Positions 1 through 10,019 of a stretch of DNA of 64,000 nucleotides are shown here, in pieces. The notes beneath the pieces were generated by a model. The model ran no database searches. It saw nothing but the letters and a program-made list of their open reading frames with translations, and was not told where the DNA came from. The position numbers and the translations under genes were made by a program. Location: assembly GCA_963842945.1 (NCBI GenBank), contig CAWJIM010000024.1:224001-288000 (forward strand), written 5' to 3'. Position 1 is the stretch's first letter. Each line of letters starts with the position of its first letter. Origin of the DNA: an uncultured Gemmatimonadales bacterium. GTDB taxonomy: Bacteria; Gemmatimonadota; Gemmatimonadetes; Gemmatimonadales; GWC2-71-9.

Positions 1-622
1 CGTTTCCCTTCTCTGTGAAATCCACGGTGGTTGCGCCATTGAGCTGCAGCCGTATTCGCGGCCCGACGGCGACCACGGCGATATCGTTCCAGTCGTCTGG
101 CCACAGCACTCGTTTGACAAGCCTGCTCGGGGCAACCACGAGGAACCGAACCGGCTGGGCGGGATCGGGATATCGGTCTGGTTCTGGTCTGAACTCGTCG
201 GCTAGACTACCCCACAACGGATATGGCTGCTCCAGACTGTCCGGAACCGTGTCGGACAACATTGCGATGATCCGGCCAGGGGCGAATCCAATGTCGGCTT
301 GGTACCCCGCGACTTCGTTCGAGCCCGGAACACGTTGACTCCGAAAATGCACCCCCGCATTCGGTCCCGTGATCCGGGCGCTGAGCCGCAATTCGAAGTT
401 GACGAATTCCGCCTGCGTGCAGAGGTAGGAGCTCTGGGTTACTGGCGTCTTCAGCGTCCCACCGACGATGGCACCGTCGACCACCCGCCACAAAGCGGTA
501 TCACCCTCCCAACCGTCGAGCGAGAGGCCGTCGAACACCCGCACCCCACCGGGCGTCTGACCGTCGCCACACGCTCCCGCCACGAGAAGCCCTGCCAGCA
601 TCAACAACCCGAGCCTGGTCAT
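1..622 (-). CDS. DUF1080 (3-keto-disaccharide hydrolase-like) lipoprotein, runs off window start, ~2 frameshifts; probable cassette gene
   Basis: Manual translation from ATG 622 (GAGGGG upstream): MTRLGLLMLAGLLVAGAC..FDGLSLDGWEG..WRVVDGAIVG..NFELRL..NAG/VHFRS..GYQADIG..DDWNDIAVVAVGPRIRLQLNG. Indels near 350 and 180. Confidence 0.75.
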   Translation of the reverse strand, partial: MTRLGLLMLAGLLVAGACGDGQTPGGVRVFDGLSLDGWEGDTALWRVVDGAIVGGTLKTPVTQSSYLCTQAEFVNFELRLSARITGPNAGVHFRSQRVPGSNEVAGYQADIGFAPGRIIAMLSDTVPDSLEQPYPLWGSLADEFRPEPDRYPDPAQPVRFLVVAPSRLVKRVLWPDDWNDIAVVAVGPRIRLQLNGATTVDFTEKGN

Positions 623-638
623 ACCCCCTCCGTTCAGC

Positions 639-738
639 GCCCTACGGACCGCGCATCGGCGGCGGCGATTTCTTCAGTGAGCACAAGCCGGTGTTCCTTA
701 AGAGTGAATTCCCTAGCTGCGCACGCATGGGGCGAGCC
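639..738 (-). mobile_element. Degenerate attC site (same family as the 7.8-12.6 kb sites)
   Basis: Minus strand ...AAGGAAC...ATCGCCGCCGCCGATGCGCGGTCC-GTAGGGC aligns with the 100-bp attC family. Both R boxes are mutated. Confidence 0.65.
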
Positions 739-1026
739 CAACTGCCCTGCCTCGCAGAACGTAGTGTCCGTGGCCGTTGTCGTCGCCCCAAGCAGCCGTC
801 TTCGGGACATCGATCTTGTCGATCCATGGGGTTGTCTCGGAGCTGAATGCCTTCGACGGGCCAGCGGTACCTGAGGCGAGGAAGATCTACCCGGCCCAGG
901 GGACCGTAACCGGAGTCTAACCCCGGGGTGCCCAGGCGACCGAGCCGCAGGCGGGTTGACGGGAGTAGCGCCTACAGCTAACTTGCTGAACAGCAAGCAA
1001 GCTGCAACCTCTTGCACGAGAGCTAA

Positions 1027-1695
1027 TTGGATACAAGGTCCGACCGCACTCGCGATGCCGAACGGAGCCGAACCGCCATACTGGATGCGGCGGAGCGCCT
1101 GTTCGCCGAGCAGGGGTCCGACGCCACCAGCCTTAACCAGGTTGGTGCCGCCGCCGGTGTTTCCCGGGGCACTCCGGGCTACTTCTTTCGCACCAAGGCC
1201 GAGCTCTATCAGGCGGTTCTGGACCGCTCGCTGGCCGAGGTTCGGGAGGCGGTGCGGGTGGGCCGGGAACGGGCGCTGGCGAGCAACGAGAGCGCGGAGA
1301 CTATTCTCGCCGGCGCCGTGTCCGACTACTTCGATTTTTTGGCTGCCCGTCCGTACTTCATCCGGCTGATCGAGCGCGAGGCGCTGAGCAACGCGCCCCC
1401 GCCGGCCGGGGTGGACCATCTCTCCGCCGGGCAGGAGGCCTTGGCCGCGATCAGCGCGGAGCTGGGCCTGGACGACTCGCCGTCAGGCGAAGCGTCACAG
1501 CTGCTGCTCAGCATCATCTCGCTCTGCTGGTTTCCCCTGATCCACGGGCGCACCGTCGCGCCGGCGGTCGGCGTCAGCCTGAGTGACCCTGACGCGCTGG
1601 AACGCCGCAAGCATCACGTGATCTCCCTGGTGCTGCACGGTCTCCGCGGTGCCCCTGTTACCTCAACCTCCACCGAGCCCTCGACCCATGACTGA
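1027..1695 (+). CDS. TetR/AcrR family transcriptional regulator
   Basis: [40 protein letters not shown] start; overlaps the next gene. Confidence 0.9.
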   Translation: MDTRSDRTRDAERSRTAILDAAERLFAEQGSDATSLNQVGAAAGVSRGTPGYFFRTKAELYQAVLDRSLAEVREAVRVGRERALASNESAETILAGAVSDYFDFLAARPYFIRLIEREALSNAPPPAGVDHLSAGQEALAAISAELGLDDSPSGEASQLLLSIISLCWFPLIHGRTVAPAVGVSLSDPDALERRKHHVISLVLHGLRGAPVTSTSTEPSTHD

Positions 1696-3583
1696 TCTTC
1701 TCACCCAACCGGTCCGGACTACTCACACTCCGTTGGCCACGGAGCAGGAAGCCCGCGAAGTCGCCGAGGCAGCGAGAGAGAAGGATTGGCAGGCGCCCAG
1801 CTTCGTGCGGGAGCTGTTCGAGGGGAACTTCCGGCTCGACCTGGTGCATCCCTTCCCCCAGCCGGATCCGGCCGATCTGGCCCGGGCCAAACCGTTCATG
1901 GAAAAGCTCGAGCGGTTCATGCGGGAGCGGGTGGACAGTGACAAGATCGACCGCGAGGGCAAGATCCCGCCCGAGATCGTGAAGGGATTGGGGGAGATCG
2001 GCGCCTTCGGGATCAAGATCCCGACCGAGTACGGCGGCCTGGGGCTGAGCCAGTACAGCTACACCCATGCGGTGGGATTGGTGACCAGCCAGGACGGCAA
2101 CCTCACTGCCCTGCTCTCCGCGGCGCAGTCGATCGGCGTTCCGACGCCGCTCAAGCTCTTCGGCACGCCGGAGCAGAAGAAGAAGTACCTGCCCCGCCTG
2201 GCGCGCGGCGCCGTATCCGCCTTTGCCCTCACCGAGAACCAGGTCGGATCCGATCCGGCGGCCCTGAGCACCACGGCGACGCTATCGCAGGACGGACGGC
2301 ACTACATCCTGAACGGCGAAAAGCTCTGGTGCACCAACGGCACCATCGCCGAGCTGATGGTGGTGATGGCGCGAACCGGCCCGAAGAGGATTTCCGCGTT
2401 CATTGTCGAGACTACCTGGCCCGGCGTCGAGGTGGTGCAGCGGCTCCACTTCATGGGACTCAAGGCCCTGGAGAACGGCATCATCCGGTTCACCAACGTC
2501 AAGGTACCGGTGGAGAACGTGCTCTGGGGTGAGGGCAAGGGCCTGAAGCTGGCGCTGATCACCCTGAACACCGGGCGGCTCACCCTGCCCGCGTCGGCGG
2601 TGGCCGGAGCCAAGCGGGCGCTGGAGATCGTCCGCCGGTGGGCGGCGGAGCGGGTCCAGTGGGGCCAGCCGATCGGGAAGCACGATGCCATCGCCCAGAA
2701 GATCGGACGGATGGCGGCCGACATCTTCGCCATGGAGGCGGTAAGCGATCTCGCCTCGCTGATGGCCGACCGGGGTAACGCCGACATCCGGCTCGAGGCC
2801 GCGATGGCCAAGATGTGGAACACCGAGGTGGGCTGGCGGATCGTGGACGACACGCTTCAGATCAAGGGCGGCCGGGGATACGAGACGGCCGACAGTCTCC
2901 GGAGCCGGGGCGAGCGGCCCGATCCGGTCGAGCGGATGATGCGGGACTACCGGATCAACCTGATCTTCGAGGGCTCCAGCGAGATCATGCGGCTGTTCAT
3001 CGCGCGGGAGGCGGTAGACACCCACTTGAAGCTGGCGGGCGACCTGATCGATCCCAAGGCGCCGATGGGAAAGAAGATTCAGGCGCTGCTCAAGTCGGGG
3101 GCCTACTACGCCTACTGGTACCCCAAACTCTGGCTGGGCTTGGGGTGGCTGCCACAGTACAGCGAGTTCGGCGCGCTGGCCACTCACGTCCGGTTTGCCG
3201 CCCGGTCCAGCCGCCGGCTGGCGCGGACCTTGTTCCACTGCATGGTGCGGTTCGGGCCCAAGCTGGAGAAGCGCCAGGCGGTCTTGGGCCGGCTGGTGGA
3301 GATTGGAGCCGAGCTGCTGGCGATCACCGCGGCGTGCTCGCGAGCGTTGGCGCTGGCGAAACGGGGCAGCGGGGCAGAGGGGCAGCGGGGCAGTCCGGAA
3401 GAGGCAAGAGGCGCTATCCAGTTGGCGGACCTCTTCAGCCGCCACGCACGCCGGCGGGTGGAGGAGAAGTTTGCGGCCGTCTTCGACAACGATGACGTCC
3501 GGACGTATGAGGTGGCGCAGCAGGTGCTCAGGGGCGAGCATAGTTGGATGGAGACGGGGATGGTGAGGGAAGAGAAAGCGTAA
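1688..3583 (+). CDS. Acyl-CoA dehydrogenase (FadE/VLCAD-like)
   Basis: [39 protein letters not shown] motifs. Confidence 0.92.
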   Translation: MTDLLTQPVRTTHTPLATEQEAREVAEAAREKDWQAPSFVRELFEGNFRLDLVHPFPQPDPADLARAKPFMEKLERFMRERVDSDKIDREGKIPPEIVKGLGEIGAFGIKIPTEYGGLGLSQYSYTHAVGLVTSQDGNLTALLSAAQSIGVPTPLKLFGTPEQKKKYLPRLARGAVSAFALTENQVGSDPAALSTTATLSQDGRHYILNGEKLWCTNGTIAELMVVMARTGPKRISAFIVETTWPGVEVVQRLHFMGLKALENGIIRFTNVKVPVENVLWGEGKGLKLALITLNTGRLTLPASAVAGAKRALEIVRRWAAERVQWGQPIGKHDAIAQKIGRMAADIFAMEAVSDLASLMADRGNADIRLEAAMAKMWNTEVGWRIVDDTLQIKGGRGYETADSLRSRGERPDPVERMMRDYRINLIFEGSSEIMRLFIAREAVDTHLKLAGDLIDPKAPMGKKIQALLKSGAYYAYWYPKLWLGLGWLPQYSEFGALATHVRFAARSSRRLARTLFHCMVRFGPKLEKRQAVLGRLVEIGAELLAITAACSRALALAKRGSGAEGQRGSPEEARGAIQLADLFSRHARRRVEEKFAAVFDNDDVRTYEVAQQVLRGEHSWMETGMVREEKA

Positions 3584-3615
3584 GCGGGAACAGCAACAGC
3601 GTGAGCGGGGAAACA
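3562..3615 (+). repeat. ~20-nt tandem repeat, core AGCGTRAGCGGG (family A), overlapping the ACAD stop codon
   Basis: AAAGCGTAAGCGGGAACAGCAACAGCGTGAGCGGGGAAAC. Confidence 0.8.
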
Positions 3616-3618
3616 AAG

Positions 3619-3697
3619 TGTCACCCCGAGGAGCGGTAGCGACGAGGGGGCCATAGCTGAATTCAGCTTCGGCCCCCTCGCTGCGCTCGGGGTGACA
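3619..3697. repeat. REP-like palindromic element (full hairpin)
   Basis: TGTCACCCCGAG..CGAGGGGGCC..GGCCCCCTCG..CTCGGGGTGACA. Related halves at 9676, 14571, 16186 and 32169. Confidence 0.8.
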
Positions 3698-3732
3698 GCT
3701 TATCTTTAGAGCGTACCGAACCGGGAAAGAAC

Positions 3733-4131
3733 ATGGCCATCGCAGAAGGCAGGACCATCCCCTTTGTCGGTCCGGAGACGATCGATGTAGCCGTACTGGA
3801 GACCTTCGAGTACTCCGGGCCGGACCAGGAGATCGTCACCGAGACCCGGGAGTTCAGCGCGGTCTGCCCTTACAGCGGCCTGCCCGACTTTGCCACACTC
3901 ACCATCAAGTACGTCCCATCCGCCCGCTGCGTGGAGCTCAAGAGCCTCAAGTACTACGTGACCAGCTACCGCAACGTGGGCATCTTCCAGGAGCACGCCA
4001 CCGCCCGGATGGCGGAGGATCTCTTCAAGCTGCTGGAGCCGCAGTCGCTCGAAGTCACCACCCTCTACAACGTGCGCGGCGGGTTCGAGACCAGGTGCAC
4101 GGTGAGATTGCCACCTCCGAAACCAGCCTGA
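3733..4131 (+). CDS. queF: NADPH-dependent preQ0 reductase (type I QueF)
   Basis: EFSAVCPYSGLPDFA and ELKSLKYY QueF motifs. Confidence 0.92.
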   Translation: MAIAEGRTIPFVGPETIDVAVLETFEYSGPDQEIVTETREFSAVCPYSGLPDFATLTIKYVPSARCVELKSLKYYVTSYRNVGIFQEHATARMAEDLFKLLEPQSLEVTTLYNVRGGFETRCTVRLPPPKPA

Positions 4132-4199
4132 CCGCATCCGCGTAGAAGCAGTAGGACAACGCCGCTGCCGCAAGCGGTGGCGCTACCAGTGCGCCCTCC

Positions 4200-4682
4200 T
4201 CAGCGTGCAGCTGAAAAGGCTTTTGCTCCTGCCTGCGCGACCTGGCCGTCTTGCTCCGACATCACCCCGCTCACCCCGATAGCGCCCACGACCTGATCTC
4301 CCACGAGCAGGGGAACTCCGCCCTCGATCGGAATCGCGCCGGGCAGTCGGAGCACGGCAGTCCTTCCGGACGCGACGGCATCGGCAAAGGCTTTCGTGGG
4401 ACGGCGGAACAAAACGGCCGACTTGGCCTTTTCCTCTGCCACGGCCACGCTACCGAGCTGGGTACCGTCCAGCCGCCGGAGATGCACCAGGTACCCACCG
4501 CCGTCCACCACGGCGATGACCACGTTCCACTTGTTGCGGGTTGCCTCCGCTTGCGCGGCGTCGGCGATCCGGGTCGCTGCTTCCAAGGTGAGAACCCTGG
4601 CTGCTGCGATTGCGCCGCGGCGTGCGCCGGGAACCGCGAGACAGCCGCCCAACATGATCCCTACTGCGAGTGTCCAGTGCAT
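4200..4682 (-). CDS. GlcG/HbpS family heme-binding protein, signal peptide
   Basis: VIAVVDGGG..RLDG..AEEKAKSA..GGVPL..VGAIGVSG. Confidence 0.88.
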   Translation of the reverse strand: MHWTLAVGIMLGGCLAVPGARRGAIAAARVLTLEAATRIADAAQAEATRNKWNVVIAVVDGGGYLVHLRRLDGTQLGSVAVAEEKAKSAVLFRRPTKAFADAVASGRTAVLRLPGAIPIEGGVPLLVGDQVVGAIGVSGVMSEQDGQVAQAGAKAFSAAR

Positions 4683-4770
4683 GCTTTCCTCCCAGAGCTT
4701 CAATGCGAGTCACGGCGGCAGTGAATTACTCGTCCTGCGGCACTACGGCGGTGGGCGCGGAGTGACGCCG

Positions 4771-5106
4771 CTAGGTCAGGTTCTCCTGTATGAAGCGCGG
4801 ACTGAGGTGGACGTCTACCTGGACCAGCGGCTCGTCTCCGATACACTTAAAGCTGTGGATCTCGCCGGCCTTGATCACCAGGATGTCTCCCGCGCCCGCC
4901 TCGAACTCTTCTCCGTTCACGACATAGCGGCCCCTGCCCTCCCTCAGGAACTGGACCTCGTCGTACGGATGGCGATGCGGACCGGGCCCCCGGCCGGGCA
5001 GAGCCCGGAGCAGGAACACCGAAATGTTGACGTCGCCCTGGTCCGCGCCGACGAACTGGTGTGAGCTCCCTTGGAAGGGCAGATCCTGCTGACGAACCCG
5101 ATACAT
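4771..5106 (-). CDS. Cupin domain protein
   Basis: GPGPHRHPYDEV..GEIHSF cupin motifs. Confidence 0.85.
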   Translation of the reverse strand: MYRVRQQDLPFQGSSHQFVGADQGDVNISVFLLRALPGRGPGPHRHPYDEVQFLREGRGRYVVNGEEFEAGAGDILVIKAGEIHSFKCIGDEPLVQVDVHLSPRFIQENLT

Positions 5107-5162
5107 GCCGGCGCTCTCCTCGAGTTGGAGCGGTCAATTCACCAGGGGAATGTAGGCATGCC

Positions 5163-6230
5163 TCAGGTGACTGATAACGAAACCGGAACGCCGAGGAAGC
5201 GCTGGTAGCGCGTCACCGCTTGCGCCAGTCGGCGCCGCTCGAGCAGGGTGAGTCGCCTCAGCGGCCGAACGTGCACTACCAACCCCTTTGGCCTCTGGAT
5301 CGTTGTCCAGGTGCCCGCCACCTGCCCGCCGACCAGGAGCGCGTGCTGAAAGTCGCCCAGCACATACGCCGGCCGGGGCACCACCCGATGATCGCGGTAG
5401 GCGACCAGATATTCGTCGTAGATCGGTAGGAGATGCACACCCGATCCTGGAGCGCGGAACGCGGGCCGGTTCCCGGGGCAGGCTCCAGTAGTTCAAGCCG
5501 TCCACCGCCCGTGCGCTGCGCCCGGGTCATCTCCAGACCGCGTCGGGCATCGCGGTGCTCGAGGCCGGACCACCAGACGAAGTCGCGAAGCGTCGCCGGC
5601 CCATGGCTCCTCAAATACCGCCGAGTCAGCTCGGCGAGCGCCTCGTCGCGATCGAACCGAGGCGCGGCCGGGGCGCGATCGGCGAGCAGCGCATAGGTGG
5701 ATTGCTTGCCCCGGCGACGGCCGCTGCAGATGACTCCCCCAGCTCGGCATGCATCACAACGTGCGCCAGCTCCCTGGTTCCCGCAGGCAAGCCCGCCCGC
5801 GCGAGCTCGGCGCCCAGCTCGCGCCGCGTCAGAGTGACCCCGGTCGCCCAGCGCCCGTTCGATGATTCCTGTCGCGCGGGTCATTATGCCGGCATCGAGC
5901 CCGAGCTGGCGGTCGTAGGTCGCCATCCGGCGCTGCACGTGGGGTGCGGTGAGCTCCAGCATCCAGCGGATGTCGTCCCGGGCAACGAAGTGCCAGGTGG
6001 GACGCAGGATGTGAGTGCGGAGGATGCGGCCCTGCTCGATCGCGTGCTCGATCGCGGCGTCGGTCGCGCCTGTCGCCGAGCGCAGCGCGAGCCCCCACTT
6101 GGCGGGCCCGTATTCCTGGGCCTGCACCGCGCCGAACCACGCGACCATCCTGGCCGGCGCCAACCGACCGGGTCGGGTGATGCGCTGGTTATCAAGTCTC
6201 TGCTGGGCAATCCACGCGCTCAGTGCGCCA
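5163..6230 (-). CDS. AlkZ/HTH_42 family DNA crosslink glycosylase-like protein (several frameshifts)
   Basis: GAVQAQE, RTHILRPTWHFV, YLRSHGPATLRDFVWWSGL, HLLPIYDEYLVAY spread over several frames; start uncertain. Confidence 0.8.
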
Positions 6231-6979
6231 CCCTGGTCAGGGTGACGATCTGCCCGGCATGACGAGCCGAATGCCAGCGGCGTGTTGCCAGACAATCCTA
6301 GGGTGGTCGATGGTAGCTCTGCTCGCTGCGCGGCACCTCCCGGCCGGTTGAAGCAGACTGTCCTCGGAGACGGCCCGGCAGATACGATACATGGCAGCCT
6401 CCAGCCGCCGGGAAGCCGAGCCAGCAGCAGACTAGCTCGGGACGGTCTGGGGTCAACCGTGCAGGTCCGCAGCAAGGGCTGCTAGCTGTCGGAGGTGAGA
6501 CTTTCGCCACCGAGATCGCGCCACAGCCGGTCGAGACTACCCGGCAGGTGGACCATGACCGGAACCGATAGAAATCGAATTCCGGGCCGGGCCCATAGCG
6601 GTGCGGGCGAGAGCTTCTCGGCAATGGGTCAGCACGGGAGCCTCTCCCAAGGGGGCCAGGGTGACGACCCGCGCGGCTTAGCAGCGGCTGAAGGCCTCGA
6701 CAGGACGACCGGCACGACCAAAGCCAGGTATAAGATGGAGGCCGATCGGTGGCGCAGCGCGTCAATGAAGGAACCAGGGTGCGATGGTTTCTCCGAGTGG
6801 CGGAATCAGTGCGCTGGAAGCTCACCTTCCGGCAGAGTCAATTGGCTACCATGGTGAGTAAGGCGGGAACCAGTGGTTGCGCGGAAGCATTTCGCTCCGG
6901 ATAAAGCAGGAGGCGTTGCTACCTTAGCCCCCGGGGCTGATCAGCTGGACGGGTTTGGTCGTCGCACGGCGCTCCGCGC

Positions 6980-7282
6980 CTATCTCTTGCCCAATATACT
7001 CCGCACCCAGTGCTCGATGATCGCTCCGACCAGCAACACGATCGCGCTGCAAAAGAGCACCGCCGGCACCAGTCCCCAGAACTCATGAGCATGCACCGCG
7101 AACGTCGGGCTTTGGAGCAACAGCCGGCCGACGATGACGATATAGGGCAGGCTCAGGATGTCCAGCCAAATGTCGTAGACAAACGTCCCACGCCTGGCAG
7201 CGGCATCCAAGTATGCCACCACGAACACGACGAGATAGATGGCCACCAGGAGCCAGCCGAGCCGGGATCGCATCACTCGCAT
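6980..7282 (-). CDS. Small membrane protein, probable cassette gene
   Basis: Three hydrophobic segments; preceded by the attC 3'-end remnant GGTCC-GTAAGCG (7293-7304). Confidence 0.65.
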   Translation of the reverse strand: MRVMRSRLGWLLVAIYLVVFVVAYLDAAARRGTFVYDIWLDILSLPYIVIVGRLLLQSPTFAVHAHEFWGLVPAVLFCSAIVLLVGAIIEHWVRSILGKR

Positions 7283-7318
7283 TGAGCTCGGACGCTTACG
7301 GACCCTGGAGCCAGTGTT

Positions 7319-7735
7319 TCATCGGGGCCGCACGAGGTTGGGCTTGCCCCGTACCCCAGCGAACACCACCAGCAGCTTGACCGGAGTCGATCCTCGATTC
7401 TTGCCGTTGTGCCAGGCATTAACAGCCTCGACGAATGAATCTCCAGCCTTATAGCTGTGGCTTCCACCGCCCTCTATCTCGACCTCGACCGCTCCTTCCA
7501 GCACGTAGACAAACGCCGGATACAGATGCAGGTGTCGACCCGTTTCGCCGCCCGGGCCGATGTCCACCCGCAATGCGGTGACCTCCGCACTGTCGGTCGC
7601 GGGATAGGTGATGCGTCCGCCTGCATTCGTGACGCTGGTTTGGAGAATGGGCGTTGACGAGAAGTTCACTTGGGCCGCGAGAGGTGGGGCCAGAATCGCG
7701 GCGACAACAATGGCAAGAAGCTTTCTCTGGATCAT
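7319..7735 (-). CDS. Secreted cupin-domain protein (cassette gene)
   Basis: Signal peptide; GRHLHLYPAFVYVLEG..WHNGKN; starts 27 nt after the attC R' box. Confidence 0.85.
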   Translation of the reverse strand: MIQRKLLAIVVAAILAPPLAAQVNFSSTPILQTSVTNAGGRITYPATDSAEVTALRVDIGPGGETGRHLHLYPAFVYVLEGAVEVEIEGGGSHSYKAGDSFVEAVNAWHNGKNRGSTPVKLLVVFAGVRGKPNLVRPR

Positions 7736-7761
7736 GGGCGTCTCCCAATTCCAGGGGCGCT

Positions 7762-7861
7762 GCCTGACGGACCCGCCTCAGCTGCGGCGACTTTTCCACT
7801 TAAACACTACCTAAGGTTCCTTTGACCTGAGGCGCCCGCCAGCTGCATGCGCTGGTTAGGC
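7762..7861 (-). mobile_element. Integron attC site
   Basis: Minus strand GCCTAAC-CAGCG-CATGCAGC...GCTGAGG-CGGGTCC-GTCAGGC; R' has GTT>GTC. Confidence 0.85.
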
Positions 7862-7887
7862 TGCGAGCAGCCGCGTCACATCCGAGC

Positions 7888-8295
7888 TCAGCTTCCGGCA
7901 GGTCCATCGTTCCAGATGTCTATCGCGCAACGCCAGGTCCCGTCCGGTTCGCGGCGCCATACCGTCACTGCGCGACCGTGGGCTGTCACCGGCTGCCCCT
8001 CAGGTCCCGGCATCGTGACGGAGTTGGTACTCAGCAGGTAACCCAGCTGGCCGTCCGGTGACAGGTTGGCTTCCGACGTAGTCCATGTGATATGGAAACC
8101 GGGGATAGCCAAGGCCCCCTCAACGTAGCTTCGGAGCGCCGACTTCCCGCTGAATGCCGGTAGTCCCGGCGCCAGCACCTGGGCGTCATCGGTCCAGAAG
8201 GAGAGGATGCGCTCAACGTCGCGGCCGGCTGATGAGAGGGCCGCCCACTCGGCATCCCGGTCGAGTAGTCGTTTACGCTCGCGTTCAAGATCCAT
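7888..8295 (-). CDS. SnoaL/DUF4440 (NTF2-like) protein, cassette gene
   Basis: DVERILSFWTDDA..GRAVTVWRREPDGTWRCAIDIWN; cassette bounded by TTAGGC (8349-8354) and GCCTAAC (7855-7861). Confidence 0.85.
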   Translation of the reverse strand: MDLERERKRLLDRDAEWAALSSAGRDVERILSFWTDDAQVLAPGLPAFSGKSALRSYVEGALAIPGFHITWTTSEANLSPDGQLGYLLSTNSVTMPGPEGQPVTAHGRAVTVWRREPDGTWRCAIDIWNDGPAGS

Positions 8296-8355
8296 CGGGA
8301 CCCGTCGGTTGCGAATGATGTATTCTAGTCGGAGTACTGGAGCTCGCGGCCTAAG

Positions 8356-8487
8356 GACCGTCACCAGGGCGTCCTGGGCCAGTTTTTCTGCGATGCCGAT
8401 ATCGCGGGTGACTCGGGCAATGGCGGCGATGAGCCGTGTGGACTCGATCTTCCACAGGGACTCAATCGCCTTAGGCACATCTTTCAT
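8356..8487 (-). pseudogene. 5' fragment of an ECF42-type sigma factor, truncated at a cassette boundary
   Basis: AIESLWKIESTRLIAAIARVTRDIGIAEKLAQDALVT is a typical N-terminus of the sigma factor that follows YciI/DGPF genes. Confidence 0.75.
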
Positions 8488-8539
8488 GCCTGCTGGATTA
8501 CGGCGTTCCGGTATTCACTGACGATGTCGCGTCGTCGAA

Positions 8540-9122
8540 CTATCCGGTCTTCAAAGGCCCGGCGACCTTGTAAGTACTGAGGATGATGCCGGACGGCATT
8601 GCTTTCGTGCTGACGAGCTCGAATGAGCGTGCCGGGGTTCCCTCCGCAAAGAAGCGCTTCCCCGTGCCCAACAGGACCGGATAGACGGCCAGCAGGACTT
8701 CATCCGCAAGCCCATGTTCGAGCAGCGTCGATGTCAGCGTGGAGCTACCCGAGAGGATAAGGTCCGGGCCGTCCTGCGACTTGATGCGGCGAATGCCCTC
8801 GACGATGTCCGGTCCAAGGCCCTCGAACGGGCCCCATTCAAGACTTTCCGGACGGTGGGTAGCGATATATTTCGTTGCCGCATTGAGGCCGTCCGCCATC
8901 GGACTGCTCGGCGCCTTTGGCCAGAAGCCCGACCAGATATCGTAGGTGCGACGGCCAAGCAGCAGATCGAAGCTCTCGCCATGCGCGGCGAGCGATTGCG
9001 TCCCGGCCAGCGGGGGTCCGATAGGGCGCGGTCCAGTCGCCGTAGGGGAAATCGCCGTCATCGCCGGAGTGCTGGATCACGCCGTCCAGCGAGATGTGTT
9101 CGATGATTTTGAGCTTTCTCAT
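8540..9122 (-). CDS. RibD-C/dihydrofolate reductase family protein (1 frameshift)
   Basis: MRKLKIIEHISLDGVIQ / LLLGRRTYDIW..GSSTL..YPVLLGTGKRFF. Confidence 0.85.
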
Positions 9123-9136
9123 TTGAGTCTCGTAGC

Positions 9137-9544
9137 TCACTTGAACTTCACTTTCGCGATTTCCGGGTTCGGCGTGAACCCGTCACCGAAATCCTCGACG
9201 TCCATCAACTTGCGGATCTCGACCTCCGCCTCGCCGTTCGGAAAGACGTTCGGAGCGCGCTTCACCCACTCGATCGCTTCTTCCATCGACTTCACCTGAA
9301 TGATCGAGAAGCCCGCAACGAGCTCTTTCGTCTCGGCGAACGGACCATCGATGACGGTGCGCTTGTCGCCGCTGAACTTCACGCGCGCACCCTTCGAGGT
9401 CGCGGCGAGCCCCTCGGCGGCGAGGAGGACGCCAGCCTTCACGAGCTCGTCGTTGTACTTCTGCATCGCGGCGAACGCTTCTGGCTTCGGCGGAGGGCCC
9501 GCCTCGGATTCCTTCGTTGCCATGCCCATGACCATGAAACGCAT
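9137..9544 (-). CDS. YciI/DGPF family protein
   Basis: VIDGPFAETKELVAGF signature. Confidence 0.92.
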   Translation of the reverse strand: MRFMVMGMATKESEAGPPPKPEAFAAMQKYNDELVKAGVLLAAEGLAATSKGARVKFSGDKRTVIDGPFAETKELVAGFSIIQVKSMEEAIEWVKRAPNVFPNGEAEVEIRKLMDVEDFGDGFTPNPEIAKVKFK

Positions 9545-9603
9545 TGTTCTCTCCTGGATTCGGTTCGTGTCGGTTGCCGCGCCCTTCGCGGCCTCACTAA
9601 CAC

Positions 9604-9630
9604 GTCGAACGAGACCGGTCAAAATCGACA
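9604..9630 (-). promoter_or_regulatory. ECF42-type promoter
   Basis: TGTCGA-N17-CGAC upstream of the DGPF gene, matching the described ECF42 target motif. Confidence 0.6.
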
Positions 9631-9675
9631 CGAGCTTCGAGAAAGCCGTAAACTGTCGGGTTCAAAGAACTTAGC

Positions 9676-9708
9676 GTCATGCCGAGGAGTGAAACGACGA
9701 GGGATCTC
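9676..9708. repeat. REP-like half element
   Basis: GTCATGCCGAGGAGTGAAACGACGAGGGATCTC. Confidence 0.65.
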
Positions 9709-9900
9709 CTGTACCGGTCGAGTTAGATGCGTCTCGGCCCCGACAGAAGATCCCGTATCCGCTGCCGCAACTGCTTGAGCCGTACTCGTGACGAAGGAGA
9801 CAAAGCGGCGGATGAGTGGCGAACATCGGGAACGATTAGCTGTCCAGAGTCTCGTGATTACAGGTCAATGGACTCTGCGAATGACGAAGCCCCGTTCGCT

Positions 9901-10002
9901 TTCTAACGGACCGCGCATCAGCTGCGCCGACTTGGCCGCCTGATCACTATCCGACGTTCCTTTGAAATGAAGCGGCCCGCCGGCTGCATGCGCTGGGTAG
10001 GC
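9901..10002 (-). mobile_element. Integron attC site
   Basis: Minus strand GCCTACC-CAGCG-CATGCAGC...AAAGGAAC...GCTGATG-CGCGGTCC-GTTAGAA. Confidence 0.88.
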
Positions 10003-10019
10003 GGCGGCGAGATGCCGCC

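Noticed and set aside
3698..3732. preQ1 riboswitch before queF (or before queC)
   Set aside because: No preQ1 stem or A-rich tail consensus; upstream DNA is a REP-like hairpin, and queC is coupled to the previous gene.
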